DNA of 32,000 bases, taken from contig NC_008312.1 of assembly GCF_000014265.1 (NCBI RefSeq), positions 2,610,001 to 2,642,000 on the forward strand, given 5' to 3'. Numbering within the stretch: the first letter of the stretch is position 1; every line of letters starts with the position of its first letter. The stretch is from Trichodesmium erythraeum IMS101. GTDB lineage: Bacteria > Cyanobacteriota > Cyanobacteriia > Cyanobacteriales > Microcoleaceae. The notes under the pieces were generated by a model. The model did no database searches. It saw only the letters and a list, made by a program, of their open reading frames with translations, and was not told where the DNA came from. Both the position numbers and the translations under genes were made by a program. Of the stretch, positions 1-10,149 are shown piece by piece.

Positions 1-68
1 ATTTTGTAGATTTCAATAGCTTGTAGCAACAACGGTTCTGCTGCTTCATATTTTCCTTGTGAATAATA
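1..68 (-). pseudogene. Distal remnant of the TPR-repeat gene cut by the IS insertion; it continues past the window edge
   Basis: The reverse complement translates to YYSQGKYEAAEPLLLQAIEIYK. This is exactly the remainder of the 42-aa TPR unit that stops at ...NLTNLY at position 1096. Confidence 0.75.
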
Positions 69-1093
69 GAGCTGTTGGGAAATAACTTAGGTTAGCGAAA
101 AATGAAAACTCAAACTAATTAATTTTGGTTAATGATTTTATTATTTATGCTACCATCAGGTACAAGTTCCATAGTCCAGTTGCTGTCAACATTAATTTGT
201 CATCAAAATCATGCTTATGATTACGGTAAATCTGATTGACAGCCCCATAGCGCTTGACACCCGCGAAGGCATTTTCACATATCACCCGCTTATTGACTCA
301 ATGTCCTATTTTCGATCTTTTGCTGTTGAGTTAATTCTCCTCCCTTTGGTTTTTTATGGGGTATGCGGATATTTTCATACTGGTGTTGAATACCTTGAAA
401 GCCAGTATCTACTTCAATTGGTATTTCCACAGGTATATTTCCTATCAACTTTTCTTCGTCTAGGAATTTCTTGTCATGTAACTTTCCAACTCTATCTTGG
501 CTTAATACCAGCACTTGTTTGTTTTGGTTTACTGCTGCTAGATGTTTACGGGTATGACACTTTTTTTTTCCTGAATAATTCAGTTTTTGTGTTTCTGAGT
601 CAGTAGGCCGTTTTACTGGCCGTTCTGTGCCATCCATTACCACTCGTTCTACTCCAGGGAAACGCTCTATAAATGCTTGGACACTATTGATTTGGCGTTC
701 TGGTAGTGCCTTTTTTTCTCCCAAGGCTGCTTCTAATATAGGCTGTAAACGATGAGCCCAGTGATGTGCCTGGCTACGGTCTATATCGAACAAGATACCA
801 GCTAAATCAAAGGTAGGGTAGCATTTAAAATAGAACAGAATATAAAACAATTTTTGCTCAAAAGTCCGTAAACGAGCCTTACGACCTCCTCCAACAGAGC
901 GTTGACGAGGTTTATCCCTCAATGTTTGCTCATATACCTGAGTAAAGGTTAAGAGTAAGGATTGAAATGCTTTACTATTTAATCCTGTTAATGCTCTGAG
1001 CAACCTATCCTGTTTTAAGGCCCGTTTAATATTTAGCATTCTTCGTCAATTTCTTCTTAACTTAACTTATTTTAACTTATTTCCCAACAACTC
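69..1093 (-). mobile_element. IS element of the DDE_Tnp_4 / IS5-like (Harbinger-type) class, inserted into a TPR repeat
   Basis: Imperfect terminal inverted repeats: GAGCTGTTGGGAAATAA at 69-85 versus the reverse complement of 1077-1093 (GAGTTGTTGGGAAATAA). The flanks rebuild an intact TPR unit, with an apparent TA-rich duplication (TAATA at 64-68 and 1094-1098; the true TSD may be 3-5 bp). A transposase ORF lies inside. Confidence 0.8.
145..1039 (-). pseudogene. DDE transposase (HTH plus DDE_Tnp_4-like), frameshifted near 290-300
   Basis: The 249-aa ORF 290..1039 contains DGTERPV...NYSGKKKCHTRK...DTGFQG motifs. The missing C-terminus (KRVICENAFAGVKRYGAVNQIYRNHKHDFDDKLMLTATGLWNLYLMVA, holding the final catalytic E) reads in another frame from about 300 down to the stop at 145-147. 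No slippery site is evident. Confidence 0.7.
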
Positions 1094-2661
1094 TAATATA
1101 AATTTGTCAGGTTGTTGAGACTAACAGCAATATTTGGATGATTTTCAAGAAGGGCAATTTTGTAGATTTCAATTGCTTGTAGCAACAACGGTTCTGCTGC
1201 TTCGTATTTTCCTTGTGCGCGATATAATTCTGCCAGGTTGCTCAGACTAACAGCAATATTTGGATGATTTTCAGGGAGGGCAATTTTGTAGATTTCAATA
1301 GCTTGTAGCAACAACGGTTCTGCTGCTTCATATTTTCCTTGTGAATAATATAAATTTGTCAGGTTGTTGAGACTAACAGCAATATTTGGATGATTTTCAA
1401 GAAGGGCAATTTTGTAGATTTCAATAGCTTGTAGCAACAACGGTTCTGCTGCTTCATATTTTCCTTGTGAATAATATAAATTTGTCAGGTTGTTGAGACT
1501 AACAGCAATATTTGGATGATTTTCAAGAAGGGCAATTTTGTAGATTTCAATTGCTTGTAGCAACAACGGTTCTGCTGCTTCGTATTTTCCTTGTGCGCGA
1601 TATAATTCTGCCAGGTTGCTCAGACTAACAGCAATATTTGGATGATTTTCAGGGAGGGCAATTTTGTAGATTTCAATAGCTTGTAGCAACAACGGTTCTG
1701 CTGCTTCATATTTTCCTTGTGAATAATATAAATTTGTCAGGTTGCTCAGACTAACAGCAATATTTGGATGATTTTCAGGGAGGGCAATTTTGTAGATTTC
1801 AATTGCTTGTAGCAACAACGGTTCTGCTGCTTCATATTTTCCTTGTGCGCGATATAATTCTGCCAGGTTGCTCAGACTAACAGCAATATTTGGATGATTT
1901 TCAGGGAGGGCAATTTTGTAGATTTCAATTGCTTGTAGCAACAACGGTTCTGCTGCTTCATATTTTCCTTGTGCGCGATATAATTCTGCCAGGTTGCTCA
2001 GACTAACAGCAATATTTGGATGATTTTCAGGGAGGGCAATTTTGTAGATTTCAATTGCTTGTAGCAACAACGGTTCTGCTGCTTCATATTTTCCTTGTGC
2101 GCGATATAATTCTGCCAGGTTGCTCAGACTAACAGCAATATTTGGATGATTTTCAGGGAGGGCAATTTTGTAGATTTCAATTGCTTGTAGCAACAACGGT
2201 TCTGCTGCTTCATATTTTCCTTGTGCGCGATATAATTCTGCCAGGTTGCTCAGACTAACAGCAATATTTGGATGATTTTCAAGAAGGGCAATTTTGTAGA
2301 TTTCAATAGCTTGTAGCAACAACGGTTCTGCTGCTTCGTATTTTCCTTGTGCGCGATATAATTCTGCCAGGTTGCTCAGACTAACAGCAATATTTGGAGG
2401 ATTTTCAGGGAGGGCAATTTTGTAGATTTCAATAGCTTGTAGCAACAACGGTTCTGCTGCTTCATATTTTCCTTGTGCGCGATATAATTCTGCCAGGTTG
2501 CTCAGACTAACAGCAATATTTGGATGATTTTCAGGGAGGGCAATTTTGTAGATTTCAACTGCTTGTAGCAACAACGGTTCTGCTGCTTCATATTTTCCTT
2601 GTGAATAATATAAATTTTTCAGGTTGTTGAGACTAACAGCAATATTTGGATGATTTTCAGG
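1093..2661 (-). repeat. 126-bp (42-aa) near-identical tandem TPR repeats: 12 complete copies and one interrupted by the IS
   Basis: The unit is PENHPNIAVSLSNLAELYRAQGKYEAAEPLLLQAIEIYKIAL. Two sequence variants (AELYRAQ and TNLYYSQ) and a P/L first residue are mixed mosaically. Confidence 0.95.
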
Positions 2662-3492
2662 GAGGACGGTTTTAACGATTTTAAATGCTTGTAGGTACAA
2701 TGGTTCTGCTGCTTCGTATTTTCCTTGTGCAAAATATAATGCTGCCAAACAGTTATAAACAGTTGCAATATCAGCATTGTTTTTATCTAGACGTCTTTCT
2801 GCTATTTCTCTACCTCTATCTAACCAAGGTTGTGCCAGTGAGTACAATGCTTGACAATGATAGAACCCACCTAAGCTGATAAAAGGTAAAATCAAATCAT
2901 CATCACTCAAATACTCTGCCAAATTTTCTGCTACTTCCGTAATGTGAGGTATATCAACCTTAACTTCTTTAACTTTTTCCACAGTAATATACTCATCATA
3001 AGGAATTTTCCTTACCGCATCTGCTATTACCCCACAAATATTTCCCTTCATTTCCTCAACCAAGTCAAACTCAAGCAACTTATTTTTATTTCTGAAAAAT
3101 TCTCGTATAAGTGGATGAAACTCATAACAATTTTCACCAAGTGATTGCAACAAACTTAAATTCACCAACTTGTCATCTCGCCTATCCTCCAACTCTACTT
3201 CATCAACCTCAGGCAAACATCCCTCCACCAAATACCAAGGAATTCGAGCACAAGCAAACAAACTCAAAAAACACCCCAACTCCTGATCATCCTCATCCAA
3301 CTCTTGCCAACTAAACTCAAAAGCAGCCGCCACCCCTCTCCTCCCTGTCATATCCTGAGAAAACACCTTGAGAGACCTATGTTCTAATCCTAACCTCTCA
3401 CCTGTTTTTGCCAAAGATAAACTAGTCTTCCGCTCCAAATAACGCGCCACCAACTCCAGCCCCAAAGGTAAAAACCCTAAATCATTACACAA
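1093..3492 (-). pseudogene. TPR-repeat (kinesin-light-chain-like) region plus the C-terminal part of an NB-ARC module; this is a segment of one disrupted STAND NTPase gene
   Basis: The N-terminal end reads CNDLGFLPLGLELVARYLERK (NB-ARC helical/winged-helix signature). After it come divergent TPRs, then 12 full and one interrupted near-identical 42-aa TPRs. The stop codon TAG at 1093-1095 is created at the IS junction. Confidence 0.85.
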
Positions 3493-4510
3493 TGCCTCAG
3501 CCTCCTCTAGCTCCCCCCCCTATCCGACCATCCCCAACAAAAGAAATCAACAACTCTAAAGCAGCATCCTTATCTAAAACCTCCAGCTCCAACCTCTGAA
3601 AAGACTGCCTCAACCATTTTTGGCGAGTAGTCATCAAAACCTTAAACCTAGACCCCCCTGGCGGTAAAAAATCTGAAATATCTTCATAATTAACAACATC
3701 ATCAAAAATCAGCAGTACATCACCATCCTGCCAATGACGCCAACAAAAATCTATCCGACTCTACAAGTCATCATCCTTAGAAAAACTGAAATTAAATTCA
3801 GACATAGCAAAACTAATAATTTGAACCCCCACATTCTGCCCACGACATTCCAACCAACATATACCACCAGCGTATGTACTTTGTTCCCAATGAAAATAAG
3901 CATATTGGAGAGCAACTTCAGTCTTACCAATACCAGCCATACCACTAACAGAAGAAATAGCCACCATTTCAGTTGCTCGCAACTGTTCGTGCAAAGTCCT
4001 TATGACCTCATCCCTACCAACAAACCTCTTAGCTCCTCGTCTGCGACGAAAATTTTCAGGTATACTTTTTGAAACTTGAGTATTCTTCTCAGCAGTAAAA
4101 ACTTTTTCACAGAACCTTATTGTAGAAACATAAACCAAATCATTCTTGCCAGCTTTAGCAATAGAAACGTGATCCGCAGGAACAGCAATAGAGTGAACAT
4201 CCGTAATTCCAGGATCAGCACTATCCTCATTCACAACCAAAACCCCACCCATAGGCTTAGTTTCATAAAACACCTTAGTTAGAATTCCCAACCGCCCAGT
4301 ATTTTGTCGATACCATTGATTCAAATCTCGCAAATGAGGTGAATGTTCTTTTAACTCCTCAACATTTACCCTAGGTTTAGTCAAAAAACCTATATTCTCA
4401 ATTAAATTAGCCAAATGAATTCCCCTGTGTGGAGTAGATAAAAAGACAATTCCCTTAATATGTCGAAGAATACCTTGATACTGAGGAAAATTTTGAGCAG
4501 TACGAATTAC
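3493..4510 (-). pseudogene. Distal half of the hydrolase domain plus the NB-ARC P-loop NTPase core; middle segment of the disrupted STAND gene
   Basis: Walker A is GMAGIGKTEVALQYA. Walker B and the following strand are DVLLIFDDV ... KVLMTTR, read by translating 3493-3760 by hand. There is an in-frame TAG at 3761-3763. A frameshift lies in the poly-C run around 3513-3520 (G8 on the sense strand) just before ELEEAEALCNDLGF. Confidence 0.8.
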
Positions 4511-4906
4511 CTATTTAACAATCAAACCACCCAAACTATGAGTCACAAAAATAAAAGGGGAAGCTCCAATATGATCAACCTCAATAGACTCTAGCAAATA
4601 ACTAGCCTGGTCAAAACGTGAAATTCCCTGACCAGAATACTTCAAACCAGGAGCTTCATATCCAAAGCTCCAGACATTAACATCTATTTCCTTTCCCCGT
4701 AAAATCTCCCCCAGCCAAAAAGGCCAAAAATCAGAACCTTCTGTTTTACCTTGAGGATGCCATGTAGCCCAAGGATGTCCCGCCAAACCATGAACAAAAA
4801 CAATATCACCAATAGAATCAGAATTTTGACAATCAAAAATCCTAAATAAGCCAATTTGATTATGTTTTGTCATCTTATCTGAGTTTCGTATAACTCTATT
4901 GTACAC
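4511..4906 (-). pseudogene. N-terminal alpha/beta-hydrolase (lipase/esterase-like) domain of the disrupted STAND gene
   Basis: The sequence reads FVHGLAGHPWATW ... THSLGGLIVK (GxSxG nucleophile elbow). The ORF ends at the in-frame TAG 4511-4513, and the same frame continues as VIRTAQNFPQYQGILRHIKGIVFLSTPHRG. Confidence 0.75.
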
Positions 4907-5067
4907 TCGAAATACTTGACTATGCCCGCTAGCGGGGTGAAAGTTTGCACTTTGCCCGAAAAATTGAACAAATAAAAGCAGTAATCAATTTTAGAAGAAA
5001 TTCAACCGTATCACCACCTCAACTGAAACTTAACACCTGCCACCTACTAAATTTTTAATTCTTCGAG

Positions 5068-6500
5068 AATGCTACCCAAACTTATATGACACCTTGACAC
5101 CACAAACTATATTTGAGCCGATAAATTTTCATTCTATGGAGCTCCAAAAAAATTAGGGAATCTTGGGAAGAAAATTGCTGAATTTTATGATATGATTCAA
5201 ATAGTGGGGTAAACATGCCTATATGCATGACTTTTTATTCAACACAATAAACTCTATCCTACTATTGCCAATATTTTCACAACTAGAAAAATGAAAAGGA
5301 GTAAAAAGGTTTTCCGGGAAAATGCTACCCAAACTTATATGACACCTTGACACCACAAACTATATTTGAGCCGATAAATTTTCATTCTATGGAGCTCCGA
5401 AAAAAATAGGGAATCTTGGGAAGAAAATTGCTGAATTTTATGATATGATTTAAATAGTGGGTGAAACATGGCTATATGCATGACTTTTTATTCAACACAA
5501 TAAACTCTATCCTACTATTACCAATATTTTCGCAACTAGAAAAATGAAAAGGAGTAAAAAGGTTTTCCGGGAAAATGCTACCCAAACTTATATGACACCT
5601 TGACACTACAAACTATATTTGAGCCGATAAATTTTCATTCTCTGGAGCTCCAAAAAGATTAGGGAATCTTGGGAAGAAAATTGCTGAATTTTATGATATG
5701 ATTCAAATAGTGGGGGAAACATGCCTATATACATGACTCTTTATTCAACACAATAAACTCTATCCTACTATTACCAATATTTTCGCAACTAGAAAAATGA
5801 AAAGGAGTAAAAAGTTTTTCCGGGAAAATGCTACCCAAACTTATATGGTACCTTGACACCACAAACTATATTTGAGCCGATAAATTTTCATTCTCTGGAG
5901 CTCCAAAAAAATTAGGGAATCTTGGGAAGAAAATTGCTGAATTTTATGATATGATTCAAATAGTGGGGGAAACATGCCTATATACATGACTCTTTATTCA
6001 ACACAATAAACTCTATCCTACTATTACCAATATTTTCGCAACTAGAAAAATGAAAAGGAGTAAAAAGGTTTTCCGGGAAAATGCTACCCAAACTTATATG
6101 GTACTTTGACACCACAAACTATATTTGAGCCGATAAATTTTCATTCTCTGGAGCTCCAAAAAAAATTAGGGAATCTTGGGAAGAAAATTGCTGAATTTTA
6201 TGATATGATTCAAATAGTGGGGGAAACATGCCTATATACATGACTCTTTATTCAACACAATAAACTCTATCCTACTATTACCAATATTTTCGCAACTAGA
6301 AAAATGAAAAGGAGTAAAAAGTTTTTCCGGGAAAATGCTACCCAAACTTATATGGTACTTTGACACCACAAACTATATTTGAGCCGATAAATTTTCATTC
6401 TCTGGAGCTCCAAAAAAATTAGGGAATCTTGGGAAGAAAATTGCTGAATTTTATGATATGATTCAAATAGTGGGGGAAACATGGCTATATGCATGACTTT
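5068..6500. repeat. Non-coding tandem array, 253-bp period, about 5.7 copies
   Basis: The motif AATGCTACCC recurs at 5068, 5321, 5574, 5827, 6080 and 6334. Copies are more than 90 percent identical by eye. No ORF of 60 aa or more occurs in any frame. Confidence 0.95.
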
Positions 6501-6547
6501 TTATTCAACAAAACAAAAAAACGAGTATAATAAATACAAAAATAAAA

Positions 6548-6941
6548 TCAAAAAGTATTTTGAGACAGAAAAACAGACTGAATATTAATGCGATCGCCAA
6601 CCCTGAAACCCAACTGTATAGCTCTACCAGCCCTGAGCTCAAGAACCCCATCAACAGGAGTATAAGTTCCATAAGTAGGACAAAGCTCAAACGAACAAAG
6701 AGGTAAATTAGAAAAAATTGCCCGAACTGCCCCATTCTTCAAAAAAACCATATCCAAAAGAATAAACACATTTCTCCAAAACAAAAATCACATTACGAAG
6801 AGGGTCAATAGAAAATAACATACCCTGATTATCTGGCAACTCAGTCCGAAACATCAAACCCACTCACTGCTCAAATGTAGTTCGCGCCACCTCCAAATTA
6901 ATAACTTGACCAGAAAAAATTTGCCCTGAAATAGGCAACAT
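6548..6941 (-). pseudogene. DUF192-family protein, decayed by an in-frame TGA and a frameshift
   Basis: Hand translation gives MLPISGQIFSGQVINLEVARTTFEQ*VGLMFRTELPDNQGMLFSIDPLRNVIFV. After a frame change it continues FWRNVFILLDMVFLKNGAVRAIF...VLELRAGRAIQLGFRVGDRI, which matches the DUF192 pattern GLMfR...GMLF...FWMkNt.iPLDiiF...vLEl.aG. Confidence 0.65.
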
Positions 6942-7043
6942 TTGATCTAACTCCAACCCAACTCCACCTTACCCAAATAAAGAACTAAAATTCGATTCCT
7001 CAAGATTTCTCACCCCTGAACTAAAATAACCATATATTAAAAC

Positions 7044-8561
7044 CTACAAATCTTTGCGTGACAGAAGAGATACAGCCCAACTCACTAAACTCAATAAACT
7101 CCCCACCGCCATCTCCGGCCAACTCGAACATGATGGGATATGCCCCTTATAATGCGTATTAATTGAAAAATCCAGATCAGAATACCACAACCATTTTCCT
7201 TCTTGACGCCATCCAACTTGATCACTAAAAGCTTCCCATATTTTTCGGTCATACTGCCTAGTACCACCCAAGCTCTGATAAATTTGCTTCTGCACAGAAA
7301 AACCAAACTTACCATTACTGTATTTTACCCAAAGTTTGTCAATAGTGCCCAAGTCCTCAGAAGGAAAATTATCTATATCTTCAACTCTCAACCAACCCTC
7401 CTCTTCTCGCTGTGCCACTGTCAACATACAATTAGTAGTTTCGAGATCTGCCTCTTTCCACTGTTGTGTAGCCAATAAATAACGCAACTTTTGATATTTT
7501 ATCTCTCTGACTGAAACTAGAGGTACATCAGTAGAAGCAGAATATTGTGGAAGTTGTTGATTTTTTTTATTATGAGAAGAAGACATTTGAGACTGAGGAA
7601 AAAACGGAGAAACATAAGAACTATTAACATTAATAGAAACAGATTGTTTTGTAAGTAATAGATTTTGTTGAGAAGGAGAAAAAATTGGTTTTAAATCATC
7701 TAAAACAGACTGAACATTCTGATAACGTTTCCTAAGTTTTAGCTCCACCAAACCATCTAAAACTTTCCCCAAATTATCACTAATAAAAGTTTTATTTAAA
7801 AAATCTCGCCATACCCATTCCATTTCTATTACATCATATATATCAAAGGGAGTCATCTGAGTCAATAAATATAAACAAACTAGCCCCAAACTATATAAGT
7901 CACTAGCTAATTTTAGTTTTCCTACCGACTGTTCTGGAGGGGAATATTCTGCCGAATTAAGAACCGTTCCTGTCACATTAAAACGCTGAAATTTTGGTAT
8001 TATTTTAGATATTCTAAAGTCAACCAAGACTAACTTTTTATCAGTCTCTCTCCTAATAATATTCTCTGGTTTAATATCCTGATGAATCACATCATAACTG
8101 TGCACAAACTCCAAAAGAGATAATAAGTCTATTAAAAATTCTCGAATCTGAGACTCATTAAAAACACCATAATTATCTAACTCTTGTTCCAGGGTTTTTC
8201 CTTGAATAAATTCTTGTACTAAATATTGACGACTATCCACAGTAAAATAAGTATAAAGCTCAGGAATTTGTGGATGCTTTCCTAACAACTTCAACTTTTC
8301 CCCTTCCTCTGCAAATAACTCAGCAGCTTTTTCCACATTTTCACTTCCCTGAGCTTGAGATAGAAACTGTTTGATCACACAAAAGGGTTTAGAAGGTTTA
8401 AGTTCATCAACTGCTAAAAAAGTTCTGCAAAAATTACCTTCTCCGATAATACTTTTGATCCAATAACGTTCTACAAGAAATAATTTATTTCCACATTTCT
8501 GAAAAAACTCAGAATTATCGGAATTAGGACTAGGACATTCAGGGTTAAGACATTGAGACAT
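7044..8561 (-). CDS. Ser/Thr protein kinase with a degenerate N-terminal zinc ribbon and a C-terminal GUN4 domain; the catalytic motifs are degenerate
   Basis: Kinase motifs are VIKQF, HQDIKPENI, DFRISK (in place of DFG) and YSPPEQ. The GUN4-like C-terminus reads WKEADLETT...FPSEDLGTIDKLWVKYSNGKFGFSVQKQIYQSLGG...VGWR. Confidence 0.85.
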   Translation of the reverse strand: MSQCLNPECPSPNSDNSEFFQKCGNKLFLVERYWIKSIIGEGNFCRTFLAVDELKPSKPFCVIKQFLSQAQGSENVEKAAELFAEEGEKLKLLGKHPQIPELYTYFTVDSRQYLVQEFIQGKTLEQELDNYGVFNESQIREFLIDLLSLLEFVHSYDVIHQDIKPENIIRRETDKKLVLVDFRISKIIPKFQRFNVTGTVLNSAEYSPPEQSVGKLKLASDLYSLGLVCLYLLTQMTPFDIYDVIEMEWVWRDFLNKTFISDNLGKVLDGLVELKLRKRYQNVQSVLDDLKPIFSPSQQNLLLTKQSVSINVNSSYVSPFFPQSQMSSSHNKKNQQLPQYSASTDVPLVSVREIKYQKLRYLLATQQWKEADLETTNCMLTVAQREEEGWLRVEDIDNFPSEDLGTIDKLWVKYSNGKFGFSVQKQIYQSLGGTRQYDRKIWEAFSDQVGWRQEGKWLWYSDLDFSINTHYKGHIPSCSSWPEMAVGSLLSLVSWAVSLLSRKDL

Positions 8562-8664
8562 AATAATAAAATTGGGAAAAACTATCTTTAGACTATTATT
8601 CTTTCTATGAATTGCATTACTTCTATTTTAAACATTTAACTATTTCTAAAAATTTACTATAATT

Positions 8665-10149
8665 TTAAAGTCTACAAATATTTGTGTGATAAAAGAGATA
8701 TCCTATCCCAAAACGACTCCACTTATTTAATGCCACAGCTGCCGGGAGGTGCCCAATATATCCACATATTTTGAGATTAAAACTTAGCTGAGAGTATCCC
8801 AACCACCTTCCCTTTCTACGCCATCCAACTTGATCAGCAAAAGCTTCCCATATTTTACTATCGTACTTCCTTGTACCCCCCAAACTCTGATAAATTTGCG
8901 TCTGTACAGAAAAACCAAACTGACCATCACTGTATTTTAGCCAAAGTTTATCAATACTGAGCAAGTCTTCACAAGGAAAATTATTTATATCTTTCACTCT
9001 CAACCAAAGTTCCTTTTCTCGCTTTGTAACCTTCAACATACACTTAATAGTTTCCTCATCTGCTTCTTTCCATTTTCCTGTAGCTAATAACTCACGCAAA
9101 TTTTCATAGTTTATTTCTCTAGCTGACACCAGAGGTACATCATTAGAAGCAGAATATTGTGGAAGTCGTTGATTTTTTTTAGTATGAGAAAAAGACGTTT
9201 GAGACTGAGGAGGAAACGTATAAATATGAGAACTATTGACATTAGTAGAAACAGATTTTTTTGTAAGCAATGATTTTTTTTGCACAGTAGAAATATCTGG
9301 TTGTAAATCATCGAAAACAGACTGAACATTCTGATAACGTTTCCTCAGTTTTGGCTCCACCAAACCATCTAAAACTTTTCCCAATTTATCACTAACAAAA
9401 TTTCCATTTAAAGAATCTCGCCATACCCATTCCATTTCCATTACATCATACAAATTCAAGGGACGAATATTAGTTAATAAATGCAAACAAACTACCCCCA
9501 AACTATACAAGTCACTAGCTAAATGTGATTTACCTATAGACTTTTCTGAAGCGGAATATTCTGCCGAACCAGTAATTGTTAACGTCACAGTATTACGTTG
9601 AACTTTTGGTATAATATTAGATACTCCAAAGTCAACCAAGACTAACTTTTTATCAGTTTCTCTCCTAATAATATTCTCTGGTTTAATATCCTGATGAATC
9701 ACATCATAACTGTGCACAAACTGTAATAGAGATAATAAGTCTATTAATAATTCTCGAATCTGAGCTTCATTAAAAACCCCATAATTATTTAACTCTTGTT
9801 TCAGGGTTTTTCCTTGAATAAATTCTTGTACTAAATATTGACGACTATCCACAGTAAAATAAGTATAAGTTTTAGGAATTTGTGGATGCCTTCCTAACAA
9901 TTTTAACTTTTCCGCTTCCTGTGCAAATTCATTCTTTTGGTAGGGAAGAATAAATTGTTTAATGACACAAAGAGGTTGAGATTTTTGAAATTCATCTACT
10001 GCTAAAAAAGTTCTGCAAAAATTACCTTCTCTGATCAGACTTTTTATCCAATAACGTTCTACAAGAAATAATTTATTTCCCCAATTATAACAAAACTCAG
10101 AATGATTGGGGTTAGGACTTAGGCACTTAGAGTTAAAAAAATTAGACAT
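8665..10149 (-). CDS. Ser/Thr protein kinase with a C-terminal GUN4 domain; tandem paralogue of 7044..8561
   Basis: Motifs are VIKQF, HQDIKPENI, DFGVSN and the GUN4 signature WKEADEETI...FPCEDLLSIDKLWLKYSDGQFGFSVQTQIYQSLGG...VGWR. By eye it is roughly three-quarters identical to its neighbour. Confidence 0.85.
   Translation of the reverse strand: MSNFFNSKCLSPNPNHSEFCYNWGNKLFLVERYWIKSLIREGNFCRTFLAVDEFQKSQPLCVIKQFILPYQKNEFAQEAEKLKLLGRHPQIPKTYTYFTVDSRQYLVQEFIQGKTLKQELNNYGVFNEAQIRELLIDLLSLLQFVHSYDVIHQDIKPENIIRRETDKKLVLVDFGVSNIIPKVQRNTVTLTITGSAEYSASEKSIGKSHLASDLYSLGVVCLHLLTNIRPLNLYDVMEMEWVWRDSLNGNFVSDKLGKVLDGLVEPKLRKRYQNVQSVFDDLQPDISTVQKKSLLTKKSVSTNVNSSHIYTFPPQSQTSFSHTKKNQRLPQYSASNDVPLVSAREINYENLRELLATGKWKEADEETIKCMLKVTKREKELWLRVKDINNFPCEDLLSIDKLWLKYSDGQFGFSVQTQIYQSLGGTRKYDSKIWEAFADQVGWRRKGRWLGYSQLSFNLKICGYIGHLPAAVALNKWSRFGIGYLFYHTNICRL

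Noticed and set aside
211-606. Plus-strand 131-aa ORF inside the IS
   Set aside because: It lies antisense to the recognisable transposase frame, has a low-complexity hydrophobic sequence, and carries no motif. It is a shadow ORF.
2685-4282. Plus-strand ORFs of 60-112 aa (2685..2879, 2944..3144, 3111..3314, 3734..4072, 4076..4282) and minus-strand 3751..3945
   Set aside because: All overlap the clearly homologous minus-strand NB-ARC/TPR frame and have biased, motif-free sequences.
3761-4513. Two in-frame TAG codons as programmed recoding (pyrrolysine or suppression)
   Set aside because: The same gene also has a homopolymer frameshift and an IS insertion. Neighbouring genes carry TAA and TGA lesions. 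Nothing in the window suggests pyl machinery. Plain pseudogenisation is the simpler explanation.
5068-6500. Small peptides encoded once per 253-bp repeat (for example MKRSKKVFRENATQTYMTP) as a tandem RiPP-precursor-like array
   Set aside because: They are 16-20 aa with no convincing Shine-Dalgarno spacing. There is no adjacent maturation enzyme and no conserved leader/core logic. Copy-to-copy SNPs do not obviously preserve the frame.
6505-6735. 76-aa hydrophobic ORF overlapping the DUF192 remnant
   Set aside because: It is in a different frame from the recognisable DUF192 sequence over the same DNA, with a low-complexity Leu/Phe-rich translation typical of AT-rich shadow ORFs.
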